A stretch of 64,000 nucleotides of DNA from Polyangiales bacterium. GTDB taxonomy: Bacteria > Myxococcota_A > Polyangia > Polyangiales > Ga0077539. Numbering within the stretch: the first letter of the stretch is position 1; each line of letters opens with the position of its first letter. Shown one piece after another: positions 48,336 through 60,036 of the stretch. Below the pieces are notes generated by a model. That model did no database searches. It worked only from the letters and a program-made list of their open reading frames with translations, and had not been told where the DNA came from. Location of the stretch: NCBI GenBank assembly GCA_044229975.1, contig JBGARZ010000001.1:640001-704000 (forward strand). Reading direction: 5' to 3'. The position numbers and the translations under genes were made by a program.

Positions 48336-48815
48336 GTGATGAACGAACAACTCGACCACGTCCACTCGGGTCTCCTCCGCGACGCCGAGGCGCGGCGTGA
48401 GGTGCTGGCTCTCTGCGAGGGTGTTCGCGAGGCGATGGAGGCGGTCGACGGCGCCCGCCTGCTCGACGACGACACGCCCGAGATCGCCCTCGACGCGCTC
48501 TCCCGCTGGAGCGACGGCTACGCGAGCACCGAAGAGCTCGACGGGCTGGTGCATCAGCTCAGCGGTCGTGCGCGCTCGATGCAGGACGAGGCATCGGGTG
48601 CCGCGCCCGCGCTGGTGGCGCTGGTGCACGCCGTCGACTCGGTGGCGCGGGTGGCGAAGGACGTAGCGTCGGCGGAGGGTCGTCCCGTGGCGGTCGACCG
48701 CACCGCGCTGTGGTGGGCCGAGACCGCGCTCGAACTGCTGGGTGAAGCGGCGGACGCGGCCGTGGCCCGGGTGGCCATGCGCTGGGACGCTGCGCTCCGA
48801 CAACGCGAGCACTGA
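48336..48815 (+). CDS. Hypothetical helical protein
   Basis: GC3-rich ORF, divergent from apeB. Confidence 0.6.
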   Translation: MMNEQLDHVHSGLLRDAEARREVLALCEGVREAMEAVDGARLLDDDTPEIALDALSRWSDGYASTEELDGLVHQLSGRARSMQDEASGAAPALVALVHAVDSVARVAKDVASAEGRPVAVDRTALWWAETALELLGEAADAAVARVAMRWDAALRQREH

Positions 48816-48819
48816 CCCG

Positions 48820-49857
48820 GTGCCTTCGCGGCGACGAGGGCTGACGGCGGCGGCGACGCTCGCCGGGTTGCTGGCGATGGCCCCCGCGGTGAGCGCGCAG
48901 AGTCTCGGCACCGAGCCGTTGCCACCGGCCCCCAGCGACGCGGCCTGGGAGCGCGCGGTGCTCGACCAGGTGACGTCGCTCCTTGGTAGTGGTCGAGCGA
49001 GCGACGCGAGGTCGCTGGCGGAGGGAGAGCTCCGTCGGAGGCGGGAGAGCGTCGACGGATACTCGACGCTCGCGGTGCTCCTGCGGGTGGCGCGGACGAT
49101 GGAGGGCGTCGCGCCCACGGCGACGCTGCCGCCGCCCACGCTGGCGCCGCGGCGCGATCGCTACGAGGCGGTGACGCTCTACGGGAGCACCATCGTGTAC
49201 GGGGCGGCGGTGGGTCTGTGGGTCGACGCGCTCGCGGGCCTCGACCGGCCCGAGACGGCGCCGTGGCTCCCGGCGGTCGGCGCAGCGGCCGGGGCGGTGA
49301 CGGCGTGGGCGATCGACCGGAGGCCGGTGCGGGCGGGCCTCGGGGCGGCGGTCAATGCGGGGCTGGTCGCGGGCACGCTCGCGGGCGCCGGGCTCGCGCT
49401 GGAGCTGACCGGGGGCGCGCCGTGGGGGGAGGTTCCGCTGGCGTCGTCGGCGATGCTGGGCGGGATGACGCTGGGTCTGGGGCTCGGGGTCGCGCTCGGG
49501 CTCGGGGTGCAACCGCGGCCGGGGACGGGGTCGTTCGTGGTGTCGGGGTCGGTGTGGGGCACGGCGCTGGGTCTCGTGACGGGCATCGCGGCGCAGTCCG
49601 ACGAGCACCTCGGGGTGTTCGCGCTGTCGGGCACGGTGCTGGGGACGGCCGCGGCGATGATCACCGCGGGCGCGCTGGAGCCGACCCCGGCGCAGACCCG
49701 ATGGCTCGACCTCGGCGCGCTCGGGGGCGGACTGCTGGGCTTCGGTCTGGGTCTGCTGCTCTTCGAGGCGGCGGCCCCACCTGCCGCGCGGATGGCGGTG
49801 ACCGAGCTGGGGATCATCGGCGGAGGGGTTGCGGGCTTCATGTTTGGTCGCAGATGA
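48820..49857 (+). CDS. Gly/Ala-rich multi-pass membrane protein
   Basis: Signal peptide VSA-Q and 8 or more glycine-zipper-like TM segments. Confidence 0.65.
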   Translation: MPSRRRGLTAAATLAGLLAMAPAVSAQSLGTEPLPPAPSDAAWERAVLDQVTSLLGSGRASDARSLAEGELRRRRESVDGYSTLAVLLRVARTMEGVAPTATLPPPTLAPRRDRYEAVTLYGSTIVYGAAVGLWVDALAGLDRPETAPWLPAVGAAAGAVTAWAIDRRPVRAGLGAAVNAGLVAGTLAGAGLALELTGGAPWGEVPLASSAMLGGMTLGLGLGVALGLGVQPRPGTGSFVVSGSVWGTALGLVTGIAAQSDEHLGVFALSGTVLGTAAAMITAGALEPTPAQTRWLDLGALGGGLLGFGLGLLLFEAAAPPAARMAVTELGIIGGGVAGFMFGRR

Positions 49858-49974
49858 GCGACATGGCTCCGACCGTCGACGTCATGGTCGCGATGAATGC
49901 ACCGCCCCCCAACGGACACCCATCCTCCGGCGACCGAGACGATGACCCACCGGCCCGTCGGCTCGCGCGCAGCG

Positions 49975-50002
49975 TTGACATCTTGGTGATGGTCGGTAGA
50001 GT
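49975..50002 (+). promoter_or_regulatory. Sigma-70-type promoter
   Basis: TTGACA-N16-TAGAGT, followed by AAGGA RBS and the start at 50042. Confidence 0.7.
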
Positions 50003-50041
50003 GGCGGCCCTGATTCCTCAGGGTCGTAGGAAGGATGACGC

Positions 50042-50626
50042 GTGATGATTCTAGCGGTACGACGGGTTGCGTTCGGTGCGGTGCTCGCACTCGGACTCTC
50101 CGTAGGGGGTGCCGACGCGCAGACGGTGACGCCTCAGGCGCGACCCGACGCAGAGGTCGGCAGTCGGCGCACGGCGAACCTCTCGGGAGCTGATCAGCTT
50201 CGCGAGGCTACTTCGACCATGGACTCGATCACGGGGTCGCGCCGTCGGGTGAGTGACCTCCTCGATCGGGCTCGCACCGACCGGGACATCATCAAGGTCA
50301 ACTGCCTCAACGACAAGCTGACCCAGGTCGACGTGACGCTGCGCTCCGCGCGCGAGCACCAGGAGCTGCTGCAGAACGCGGTGGGGCTCAACAACGACGG
50401 GCAGCGCAACCACGAGTTCCAGCTGATGAACATCTTCCGATCGCGGTCGGAGGTGTTGGAGACCGAGGCACGGCAGTGCATCGGCGAGGAGACGGGCACC
50501 TTCGATCCGACGCGCACGGTGCTCCGGGTGACGATCGATCCGAGCATCCCCGAAGAGGACCCGACACAGTTGACGCCGGACTCGCTCGCCCCCGAGCGGC
50601 CGTTGGTCACCAGCCCGGTCCTGTGA
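50042..50626 (+). CDS. Secreted alpha-helical protein with two Cys
   Basis: Signal ADA-Q; DIIKVNCLNDKL...NHEF...EARQCIGEE. Confidence 0.75.
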   Translation: MMILAVRRVAFGAVLALGLSVGGADAQTVTPQARPDAEVGSRRTANLSGADQLREATSTMDSITGSRRRVSDLLDRARTDRDIIKVNCLNDKLTQVDVTLRSAREHQELLQNAVGLNNDGQRNHEFQLMNIFRSRSEVLETEARQCIGEETGTFDPTRTVLRVTIDPSIPEEDPTQLTPDSLAPERPLVTSPVL

Positions 50627-50687
50627 CGGCTCGTGGGGTGGTTGGGTTCGGATCGGTGGAGCCTTCGCGGAAAACGGGTTGGGAACG

Positions 50688-52049
50688 ATGAATCGTAGAT
50701 CGCTGGCAGCGCTCGCGGCGGGCATGGTGTTTGGTCTCGCAGCGCCCGCTTCGGCGCAGGTCTGGCTGCAAGACCGGCAGCTCACGCAGGGTCGCGGCAT
50801 CCGCGCCGGCAACTTCGAGCTCCACCCCGGAGTCGGCGCGGAGTTCGGGTACGACTCCAACGTCTTCTACTCGCCCGCCCTCCCGGTCAGCGCGCTCCGG
50901 CTGCGCGTGACCCCGAGCTTCACCGTCAACAGCCTGGGGCCGCAGCGCAGCGCCAACTCCGACGCCCCGGCGACGGCCCTCCCCACGGTCAACTTCCGCG
51001 GCGGCGTGGCGCTCATCTACCACGAGTTCATCTCGCTCGACTCGACCCGCTCGACGAGCAACCTCCGCAACCTCGGCGTCGAGGGCAACCTCCGCTTCGA
51101 GTTCTTCCCGGGGCGCACGTGGCAGTTCGTGCTGGCCGACGACTTCACCCGCACGATCCAGCCGGGCGCGCAGACCGCCGCTGGTACGGACGTCGACGCG
51201 CTGCCCAACCAGACCTTCAACCGCAACTACAACATGGCGACCGTCGAGCTCGCCTACGCGCCGCCGCGGGGCACGCTGGAGTTTCGCCTCGGCTACAACT
51301 TCATCGCCAACCTCTTCGATAGCGGCAACTACACCTTCTACAACTACCTCGGGCACCAGGCGTATGCGCGCATGCGCTGGCGCTTCCTGCCGAAGACCGC
51401 GTTGATCTGGGAGGGGTCGATCAACCCCACCAGCTACATCAACACCACCGGCGCCACCACGGGGTTGTTCTCGTCGTTTCCGGTGCGGACGCGCGTGGGG
51501 CTCAACGGCCTGCTCACGGAGAAGATCTCGCTGCTCGCCCTCGTGGGCTACGAAGCGACCTTCTTCGACCAGGGCGACAACGCCGACACCGTCATCGGTC
51601 AGGCCGAGCTGCGCTGGCTCATCAACCCAAGGGCCAACCTGCGCTTCGGCTTCAACCGCGACATCCAGAACAGCTTCTTCAGCAACTACTACATCCGCAA
51701 CCGCGGGTACCTGAGCTACTCGCAGTCCTTCAACGGGCGCTTCCTGCTGTCCGTCGAGGGCGGCGTCGGGCTCTACCAGTTCGGCTACCTCGCCACCACC
51801 TCCGGCGGCGTCAGCCGGGCGGGCTCTGGCTTCGACGCCGACGGTCGCTACTCCGCCGTGCGCGTCGACGGCACCGTGTTTGGCGAGTACCGCGTGAGCG
51901 AGGTGTTTGGCATCAACGCCACGCTCCGCGCGCTCTCCAACATCTCCGACGCGCGGCTCGGCACCAGCACCGGCCTCGACGGCCAGCCCGGCCAGTCCGT
52001 TGCGTGGACGCGCTTCGAGGCCTTCCTCGGCGTCCGCGCTGCCTGGTAG
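50688..52049 (+). CDS. Outer-membrane beta-barrel of the polysaccharide-export type (BBP2; EpsX/Wzp-like)
   Basis: Signal peptide; GIRAGNFELHPGVGAEFGYDSNVF; alternating aromatic strands; C-terminal W. Confidence 0.75.
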   Translation: MNRRSLAALAAGMVFGLAAPASAQVWLQDRQLTQGRGIRAGNFELHPGVGAEFGYDSNVFYSPALPVSALRLRVTPSFTVNSLGPQRSANSDAPATALPTVNFRGGVALIYHEFISLDSTRSTSNLRNLGVEGNLRFEFFPGRTWQFVLADDFTRTIQPGAQTAAGTDVDALPNQTFNRNYNMATVELAYAPPRGTLEFRLGYNFIANLFDSGNYTFYNYLGHQAYARMRWRFLPKTALIWEGSINPTSYINTTGATTGLFSSFPVRTRVGLNGLLTEKISLLALVGYEATFFDQGDNADTVIGQAELRWLINPRANLRFGFNRDIQNSFFSNYYIRNRGYLSYSQSFNGRFLLSVEGGVGLYQFGYLATTSGGVSRAGSGFDADGRYSAVRVDGTVFGEYRVSEVFGINATLRALSNISDARLGTSTGLDGQPGQSVAWTRFEAFLGVRAAW

Positions 52050-52144
52050 TCCTTCTCCCCTCCCCTGACATCCTCTCTGGTTGCCCGGTCGCTCCTGCGC
52101 GGGGCGTGACAACCTGCGCGATCCGATGCTAGGCAGCCGCGGCG

Positions 52145-54007
52145 ATGAAGACCCGCTACGCCCTCGCGCTCCTTTGCATCCTCGGCTGCAACAAGCCCCC
52201 CCCCGTCACCGCCCGCGCGGACGTCCCGGCGACCCACGCCGACGCCGCGGTCGAGGCCGCCGACCTGACGGTGCCGGAGGTTCCCGGAGCGGCGCTGCTC
52301 GCTCTGCGAGGCAGCAACCTCCGCAAGGTGCTGGGGCTCGTCGCGCCGGGCGTCCCGACCCGCGTCGCGCTCGGCCAGGTCGCGCCGGGGCTCTCGCCCG
52401 GCATCGGCGAACACGGCGTCGACATCGACCCCGACGCTCCCTTCTCGGCCATCTTCGCGACGGTCGGTGACGGCACCAGCGGGCGGGTCGTTCCCATCAT
52501 CGCGTGGCCCATCCGCCCTGGGATGGAGGTCGTTCGCGAGGCGCAGGCGGGGCACGGGTATCGCGACACGGGCGGCGGGCTGTACGAGCCCACCGGCACG
52601 GCGCGCGACGTCCTCAACGCGGCCGACGGTGGCGCCGCGGGTGCCCCGTGCTGGGTCGCCCGGCGCGCGTCGGCGGGCTGGCTGATGCTCTGCGGTCCCA
52701 CCGAGCACGTGCGGCCGCTCTCGCGCTGGCTCATCCGTGCCGCTTCGAGCGCGCCGGCCAACAGCGCCCTCCTCGACGCCGTCGTGCGACCGCAGTCGGT
52801 GCGGCAGCTCCTCGACACGCAGCTCGCGGCGCTCGAAGCGCAAGACCCGCGTCGCCACGACGCCGGCACCAACCGCCCGCTCGTGGCCCAGTACGAGGCC
52901 GTCCACGAGAGCGCGCAGAACATGAAGCAGCTCTTCACCGACCTCTCCAACGCCCACGCCGCGCTCGTGCTCGACGAGGCCAACTACCACCTGCGCGCCG
53001 AGGTCGAGTTCGCCAACGCCACGGGCGCCAGCACCCGCGCCATCGTCGGCTCGTCCGTCGGACAGCGCGCCGCGCTCGACCTGCTGCGCCGCCTCCCGGC
53101 CAGCGCCACGGCCTACTTCGCGACGGGCTTCGACGTCGCCTCGCTCTCTCCGCTGCTCTCCGAAGATCCGCCCGACCCGCGCCTCGCCGCCGCCTTCGGC
53201 CCCGAGATGGCGCGCTTCCAGGAGGCCCTCAAGCGCCTCACCGGCTTCCGCGATCACGGCCAGCGCGCGATGGGCTTCATCCCCGCCGAGGGCATGTCGC
53301 GCATCGAGATCGTGCGCGTCCCCGGCGCCGCCGCCGCCATCGCCGCCCTTCGCACCAGCGCCACCGCGGTGCCCCGCACGCCGCGTCCCTCCGGGGCCAA
53401 CCCGGCCGACCAGTTCGCCATCCTCCCGTCGCCCGCGGGCATCCCCGCCGGATCGCTCCGCCTGCGCCTCGGGCCCGACCCGGCGCGGCTGCCGCCCAAC
53501 GTCCCCGCCGAGGTGCGCGCCCAGTACCAGCGCACCGTGCTGCTCGTGCCCGACGGCGACACCCTCGTGCTCGTCGACGCGCTCGACCCCGTGGCCCGCT
53601 ACCGCGAGATGCAGTCCGGCGCCCACCTCGCGCCGACCGCGCCCGAAGACCGCGCGGCGCTCATCCACCTCACGCCCGCCGCCCTCATCTCGCTCCTCGG
53701 CGCGCCGCCGCCCGCGGACACCAACAGCACCGACGCCATCGACGGCTCGCTCCAGTCGACGCGCGTGGGCGACACCGGCGCGCGCTTCGAGCTCGACCTC
53801 ACGGCCCCCATCGTGGCCGTCAACAGCGTGCGCGACACCCTCGCGGCGCTCCAGGCCCAGCAGCAGCAGATGATGCAGCAGGCCCGTCAGGCGCAGCAGC
53901 AGGCCATCGCGGCCCAACGACGCATGCAGCAGCAGGGAGGGCGACCGGTTCCGCCGTCGCCGTCGATGCTCCCCGACCCCGACTTCCAGCTTCAGCCGCC
54001 GCGGTAG
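52145..54007 (+). CDS. Lipoprotein, hypothetical, with Gln-rich C-terminus
   Basis: ILGC lipobox; GC3-rich ORF; QAQQQQMMQQ tail. Confidence 0.7.
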   Translation: MKTRYALALLCILGCNKPPPVTARADVPATHADAAVEAADLTVPEVPGAALLALRGSNLRKVLGLVAPGVPTRVALGQVAPGLSPGIGEHGVDIDPDAPFSAIFATVGDGTSGRVVPIIAWPIRPGMEVVREAQAGHGYRDTGGGLYEPTGTARDVLNAADGGAAGAPCWVARRASAGWLMLCGPTEHVRPLSRWLIRAASSAPANSALLDAVVRPQSVRQLLDTQLAALEAQDPRRHDAGTNRPLVAQYEAVHESAQNMKQLFTDLSNAHAALVLDEANYHLRAEVEFANATGASTRAIVGSSVGQRAALDLLRRLPASATAYFATGFDVASLSPLLSEDPPDPRLAAAFGPEMARFQEALKRLTGFRDHGQRAMGFIPAEGMSRIEIVRVPGAAAAIAALRTSATAVPRTPRPSGANPADQFAILPSPAGIPAGSLRLRLGPDPARLPPNVPAEVRAQYQRTVLLVPDGDTLVLVDALDPVARYREMQSGAHLAPTAPEDRAALIHLTPAALISLLGAPPPADTNSTDAIDGSLQSTRVGDTGARFELDLTAPIVAVNSVRDTLAALQAQQQQMMQQARQAQQQAIAAQRRMQQQGGRPVPPSPSMLPDPDFQLQPPR

Positions 54008-54029
54008 CGCGGCGAGCATCTCACCTCCC

Positions 54030-54932
54030 ATGCGAGTCGGCGTGATCGGTGCGACGGGCTTCGTGGGCAAGGCGCTGACGGCGGCCCTCGTGGCCCGCGG
54101 CGACGAGGTGGTGGCCTTCGGGCGCGAGGCCGGGCGCGTGCGCGCAGCCCTGCCCGCGGCGAAGGAGGCGTGGTCGCTCGACGAGCTCTCGGGGCCTCGG
54201 GTCGCGAGCCTCGATGCGGTCGTCAACCTGGCGGGCGAGTCGGTCGCCGCGAAGCGCTGGAGCCCCGCCCAGAAGGCCGCGATCCGTGACAGCCGGGTGC
54301 GCACCACGCGCAAGGTGGTCGACGCCATTGCCGCCGGCGACAAGCGACCGCGGGTGCTCGTCAACGCCTCGGCGGTGGGCTTCTACGGGCCGCACGGCGA
54401 CGAGGAGGTCACCGAGGCGACGCCCGCGGGCCAGGACTTCCTGGCGGGCGTGTGCCGCGACTGGGAGGCCGAGGCGCTGCGGGTCGTCGCGCTCGGCGTG
54501 CGCGAGGTGCGGCTGCGTACGGGGCTCGTGCTCGGCGACGCGGGCGGTCCGCTCGAACAGATGATGCTGCCCTTCAAGATGTTTGTCGGAGGAGCGGTGG
54601 GCGACGGGCGACAGTGGTTTCCGTGGGTGCACCTCGCCGACGTCGTGGGCGCCATCCTCTGGGCCATCGACCACGAGACCCTGTCGGGACCGGTCAACGT
54701 CACGGCCCCGAAGCCGGTGCGCTACGGGGAGTTTGCGGCGGCGCTGGGTCAGCGGCTCCGGCGGCCGTCGTGGGTGACGGTGCCGGAGTTCGCGCTGCGC
54801 CTGGCGGTGGGTGAGATGGCGGAGGTGCTGGTGACGGGGCAGCGCGCCGTGCCGACGGCGCTGCAAGCGGACGGTTACGTGTTCAGGTATGCCCGCGTGG
54901 AAGACGCGCTCGCGGACGTCGTCAGGACGTGA
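54030..54932 (+). CDS. TIGR01777 family NAD-dependent epimerase/oxidoreductase
   Basis: GATGFVG, VNLAGE, KRWS, SRV, ASAVGFYG, FLAGVC.DWE, GRQWFPWVH. Confidence 0.95.
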   Translation: MRVGVIGATGFVGKALTAALVARGDEVVAFGREAGRVRAALPAAKEAWSLDELSGPRVASLDAVVNLAGESVAAKRWSPAQKAAIRDSRVRTTRKVVDAIAAGDKRPRVLVNASAVGFYGPHGDEEVTEATPAGQDFLAGVCRDWEAEALRVVALGVREVRLRTGLVLGDAGGPLEQMMLPFKMFVGGAVGDGRQWFPWVHLADVVGAILWAIDHETLSGPVNVTAPKPVRYGEFAAALGQRLRRPSWVTVPEFALRLAVGEMAEVLVTGQRAVPTALQADGYVFRYARVEDALADVVRT

Positions 54933-55332
54933 CGCGGGGCGAGCGGCTCCAGCCGTAGAACACCGGCAGGCGCACCGAGGCCCACGAGCGCCCCGTGTCG
55001 AGCGCCTCCCAGTCCTTCTTCAAGCGCTCCTCCAGCACGGCGTCCCACGCGATGTGGTCGTGGTAGTCGGGCGAGAGCGCGGCGCCGTAGCCGTAGCGCA
55101 CGGCGGCTTCGTCCGACCACTCGACCGGGTTGGCGACGTGCTTCGGCGGAATGGGGTCGGCGCCCGCGGCCTGGCGAACGGTGTCGGTGAGGTCCTGGTT
55201 GAGGTCCTGGCCGTACTCCATGCCGAAGTCGTGGCGGGTCTGATCCCAGTCGCGGCGGAGTGCTTCCTTCACGCGGTCCCAGGTGTCGGTCTGTTGCGCG
55301 GTCCACCAGGCGGGTTGTTGAGCTGCGTTCAT
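54922..55332 (-). CDS. Small Trp-rich hypothetical protein
   Basis: GAGGAGG RBS; WDRVKEALRRDWDQT...RYGYGA...LKKDW...YGW. Confidence 0.75.
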   Translation of the reverse strand: MNAAQQPAWWTAQQTDTWDRVKEALRRDWDQTRHDFGMEYGQDLNQDLTDTVRQAAGADPIPPKHVANPVEWSDEAAVRYGYGAALSPDYHDHIAWDAVLEERLKKDWEALDTGRSWASVRLPVFYGWSRSPRVTS

Positions 55333-55345
55333 ATCAGCGACCTCC

Positions 55346-56766
<1,421 letters not shown>

Positions 56767-56770
<4 letters not shown>

Positions 56771-57702
56771 GGGGTCGCCCCGGCCGCGACGAGCGGCTTC
56801 TCGATGAGCTCGACGACCTCCGCGGTGCGCTCGAACTGGGGCATGCCCAGCGTCGGCGCCACGCGATGGGCCGAGATGAGTGGGTTGGCCTGCGTGAGCG
56901 CGTCGAGGCGGTCGAAGCTGCTGTACGCGTCGCGGTCGTAGACCACCCGCGTCGGCACCTTCAGCGGCGAGTAGAGCGAGCCGAAGGCGTCGGCGTCGAA
57001 GAGGTCACCGCGCACGAAGGCGACGGGCGCGTGCTGGGCCTCGGGCACGGCCGCGGTCTGGAGCGCGTAGCGGACGAGGCCCTCGTCGGGGCGACCGACG
57101 AAGGACTTCGCGAGGAAGTACCGGATGGACCCTTCGGTGTGGAGCAGGCGGAAGATCCCGGAGGCGACGGGGCCGACGCCGAGCGCGCCGCAGAAGATGC
57201 CGCGGGCCGCGCCGCCCGAAGCGCGCGGTTTGCCGAGGCCCGTCGGCGAGAGGAGCGTCAGCGCGCGGAAGAGCGCGGGCGAGCGGTTGGCGGCGAGGGC
57301 GGCGAACTCCGACGAGAGGGAGAGCGCGACGAGGTCGACGGGCTGACCCTGCGGGCTGGCGACGTCGATGATGAAGCGCTCGATGGCCTCGGCGTAGAGG
57401 GCCGGGGTGTACGCGCGGGCGCCGCGCTGGGAGCGGCCGAAGCCGGGGAGATCAAGCGCGAAGACGCGGCGCCGCCCGCGGAGCGCCTCGAAGAGCGGGC
57501 GCATCTCATAGGACGAGGCGGCGGCGTTGATCGAGTGCAGGAGCACCACGGCCGGGCCCTCACCCGTGGTGTCCTGGTAGTAGCCGAGGGTTCCGACGCC
57601 GCGGACGGCGAGCGAGCCGGTGTCGGCGCCGATGGCGGCGGGAAGACCAGGGGCCGCAGCGCCGTGCTGGGGACCCGCGAAGACCGAAGCGGTGTTTTGC
57701 AT
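56767..57702 (-). CDS. Alpha/beta-hydrolase fold protein, catalytic His apparently absent
   Basis: VVLLHS, DLPGFGRS, ALSLS elbow, LGMPQFE; ATGA overlap with the regulator. Confidence 0.85.
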
Positions 57703-57716
57703 GGGAGGGCTGCATC

Positions 57717-57731
57717 GCACCGACCGTGCCG
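57717..57731 (-). promoter_or_regulatory. Sigma-54 promoter
   Basis: CGGCACGGTCGGTGC (GG-N10-GC), 14 nt upstream of ATG 57702. Confidence 0.65.
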
Positions 57732-57823
57732 AAGCCGCGAAGGTCGGGAGATGCGTCGTTCGCGGGAATTCAAGGCAATCGAGGCCCCGTGGCGGGCCGC
57801 CACACCTGGGGTGCGATGGCCGT

Positions 57824-58999
57824 TCAGGGTGCGCGTTGGAGGGTTCCGCCGGGCGCAATGCGGAGGGTTCGACCGCGCCAGCGCACCGAGCGGGTGGAGA
57901 GCGCCTTCGCCCACGCCATCCCGAGCAGCAGGTCCGCGAAGACCGCGTCGATGACCCACGCGACCACTCCACTCGATCGACCCGACGCACGCGCCGCGGC
58001 CCAGGCCACCGCCAGCCGGGCGAGCACCGCGGCTCCTTCGGCCGCGAGTGACGCTCCGCCGCCGAGGCCCGCGGTCACCGCGAGCGTCGAGAGGAGCACC
58101 AGCAGCGGCGTCGCGAAGAACAACGCCGGGTAGCTCACCAGCAGCGCCGGTCGCTGCGCGCGGATCACCGTCAGCCAACGCCCGTAGCGGGCCACCACCG
58201 CCCGCAGGTCGCGCCCCGAAGCCCGCGACAGCGCCACCCCGGTCGAGGCCCTGACGGAGGCTCCGGAGGCCACCAAACGGCGGGCGAGCTCGGCGTCTTC
58301 CCCGAGGTGTTCGCGCAGTGCAGCGAAGCCCCCGACGGCGTCCAGTGCGCTTCGTCGCAGGGCCACGACCTTGCCCACCATCCCATCGCGATCGATACCC
58401 GCGAGCAGCGCGAACGCGTGCAGCGACCCGCCCAGCAGCGCCTCGGACGCGCGGTCGGCGACGGTCTCGCCGGGGGCCTCGGAGGGAGGCGCCCACACCG
58501 CGGCGAGGCGTGGGTTGGAGAGCGGGGCGAGGAGAGCGTTCCAGTCGAAGGCGGTGAGGTCGACGTCGCTGTCGACGTTGACCACCACCGGGGCGTCGGG
58601 CTCGGCGGCGATGACCCGCGCGAGTTGCTCGCTCTTCTGGTTGGGCGCGGTCGCGTCGGTGACCACCATCCGGGCGTCGACGCCGCGAGCGAGGAGACCC
58701 TCGACGGCCGCGGTGATCGCGGGCACCGCGGGGTCATCGGTGGTGGCGACGGCGAAGCGCACGCGGACGAGCGCGCGGTGGGCAGGATCGTCAACGAGGG
58801 CGCCGAGGCCCGCGAGGTTGCGGGCGAGCGAGGGCTCCGAACCGGCGCAGGGGCGCACCACGAGGAGGGCAGCGGTGAGAGCAGGGGCGACAGAGGTGGG
58901 CGACGGGCGCGGGCGGCGGAGCGAGCGTCGGACTGCGACGAGGGAGACGACGGAGACGACGGCGCTCCAGGCAAGCAGGGCGGCGTCGACCGGGGTCAC
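57824..58999 (-). CDS. GT-A glycosyltransferase (ceramide glucosyltransferase/HpnI-like), probably acting on carotenoids
   Basis: VRPCAG, PNQK, VDSD, GK, LGED, RW; GTGA coupling to crtC. Confidence 0.8.
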   Translation of the reverse strand: MTPVDAALLAWSAVVSVVSLVAVRRSLRRPRPSPTSVAPALTAALLVVRPCAGSEPSLARNLAGLGALVDDPAHRALVRVRFAVATTDDPAVPAITAAVEGLLARGVDARMVVTDATAPNQKSEQLARVIAAEPDAPVVVNVDSDVDLTAFDWNALLAPLSNPRLAAVWAPPSEAPGETVADRASEALLGGSLHAFALLAGIDRDGMVGKVVALRRSALDAVGGFAALREHLGEDAELARRLVASGASVRASTGVALSRASGRDLRAVVARYGRWLTVIRAQRPALLVSYPALFFATPLLVLLSTLAVTAGLGGGASLAAEGAAVLARLAVAWAAARASGRSSGVVAWVIDAVFADLLLGMAWAKALSTRSVRWRGRTLRIAPGGTLQRAP

Positions 59000-60036
59000 G
59001 CGCCGCGTCGCATGCGAAACGGAATCAGGAAGCGCACCCACGACGAGGCGAAGCGATCGAGGTCGACGCTCTCGTGGACGGCCTTCACGCGGGTCTTGAG
59101 CAGCTCGGTGGAGAGCACGCTGCGAGCATAGAACGGCGCGTCCTCCAGCGTGCGGTGCACCGTCACGTCGGCGCCACGATCGGCCCGCGTGTCGCGGCGG
59201 ACGCCCCAGCGCGAGCGGGGCAGCGAGACCTCGCGGGCGACCTCGATGAGGTCTTCGGTTCCGTCGGGGCGGTAGCGGCGGGCCATCCGCTCGCGGGTGC
59301 GCCGACCATCGCGCATCGTGGCGTCGTAGAGAACGACAGGGCTGCCATCGACGTCGGCGCGCGACCAGTCCCAGCCGTGGAAGGTGTCCTCCAACGGACC
59401 ATCGCCCGCGTTGGCGTCGTGGTAGCCCGTGCCCGACCAGCGCAGCGCGGGTTCGGTGAGCTCGACCTCGACACGCGCCAGCGGAGCGACGGCCCACCAC
59501 AGGTGACGGCCCTTGCCATCGAGCGCGTGGGGTCGGCCGTGAACCACCTGCGGGATGAGACGGATCTTGCCCACGATGCGGCCGGGGATGGGCGACGGAA
59601 AGGGCGAGGTGCTCTCGCAGAGGTCGACGTGAAGCTCACCGCGCTCCCAGCGGAGGTTGCTCGCGCCGATGGAGAGCTGCGACGACGTGCGGTGGACGTC
59701 CTTCGCGCCGCGCTCGGTGAGCGCCCAGGTCGAGGCGCGCGGGCCGTAGAGGGCGACGTTCATCGTGCAGTGCGACAGCGGGTTGGCGCGCGGGCCGCCG
59801 TCGCGGGCGATGCCACGCGCCCGGGCGTACCAGGGCGAGAACACGTTGCCCACCATGCCGATGAGGGTGACGCCGTGCTGGCCGTCGTCGCTCAGCGCGT
59901 CGAGGTACCACCACGCGTAGCCGCCATCGGGGACGGCGCGGTCGAAGCGAGGTCCGAGAGCACGCTCTCCGCTGCCAGCAGGCCGCTCCTCGTGACCATC
60001 GGAACCCCTGCCCCCGGGTGCGTGCTCCCCCCGCAC
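58996..60036 (-). CDS. crtC: Carotenoid 1,2-hydratase (hydroxyneurosporene synthase); start uncertain
   Basis: PRFD...GGYAWWYLDALSDDG, GNVFSPWY, NVALYG, GYHDANAGD, LEDAPFY, LIPFRMRR. Confidence 0.92.
   Translation of the reverse strand: MRGEHAPGGRGSDGHEERPAGSGERALGPRFDRAVPDGGYAWWYLDALSDDGQHGVTLIGMVGNVFSPWYARARGIARDGGPRANPLSHCTMNVALYGPRASTWALTERGAKDVHRTSSQLSIGASNLRWERGELHVDLCESTSPFPSPIPGRIVGKIRLIPQVVHGRPHALDGKGRHLWWAVAPLARVEVELTEPALRWSGTGYHDANAGDGPLEDTFHGWDWSRADVDGSPVVLYDATMRDGRRTRERMARRYRPDGTEDLIEVAREVSLPRSRWGVRRDTRADRGADVTVHRTLEDAPFYARSVLSTELLKTRVKAVHESVDLDRFASSWVRFLIPFRMRRGA

Noticed and set aside
49854..50045. 63-codon ORF bridging two genes
   Set aside because: Atypical codons, and it contains the TTGACA-N16-TAGAGT promoter of the next gene; probably non-coding.
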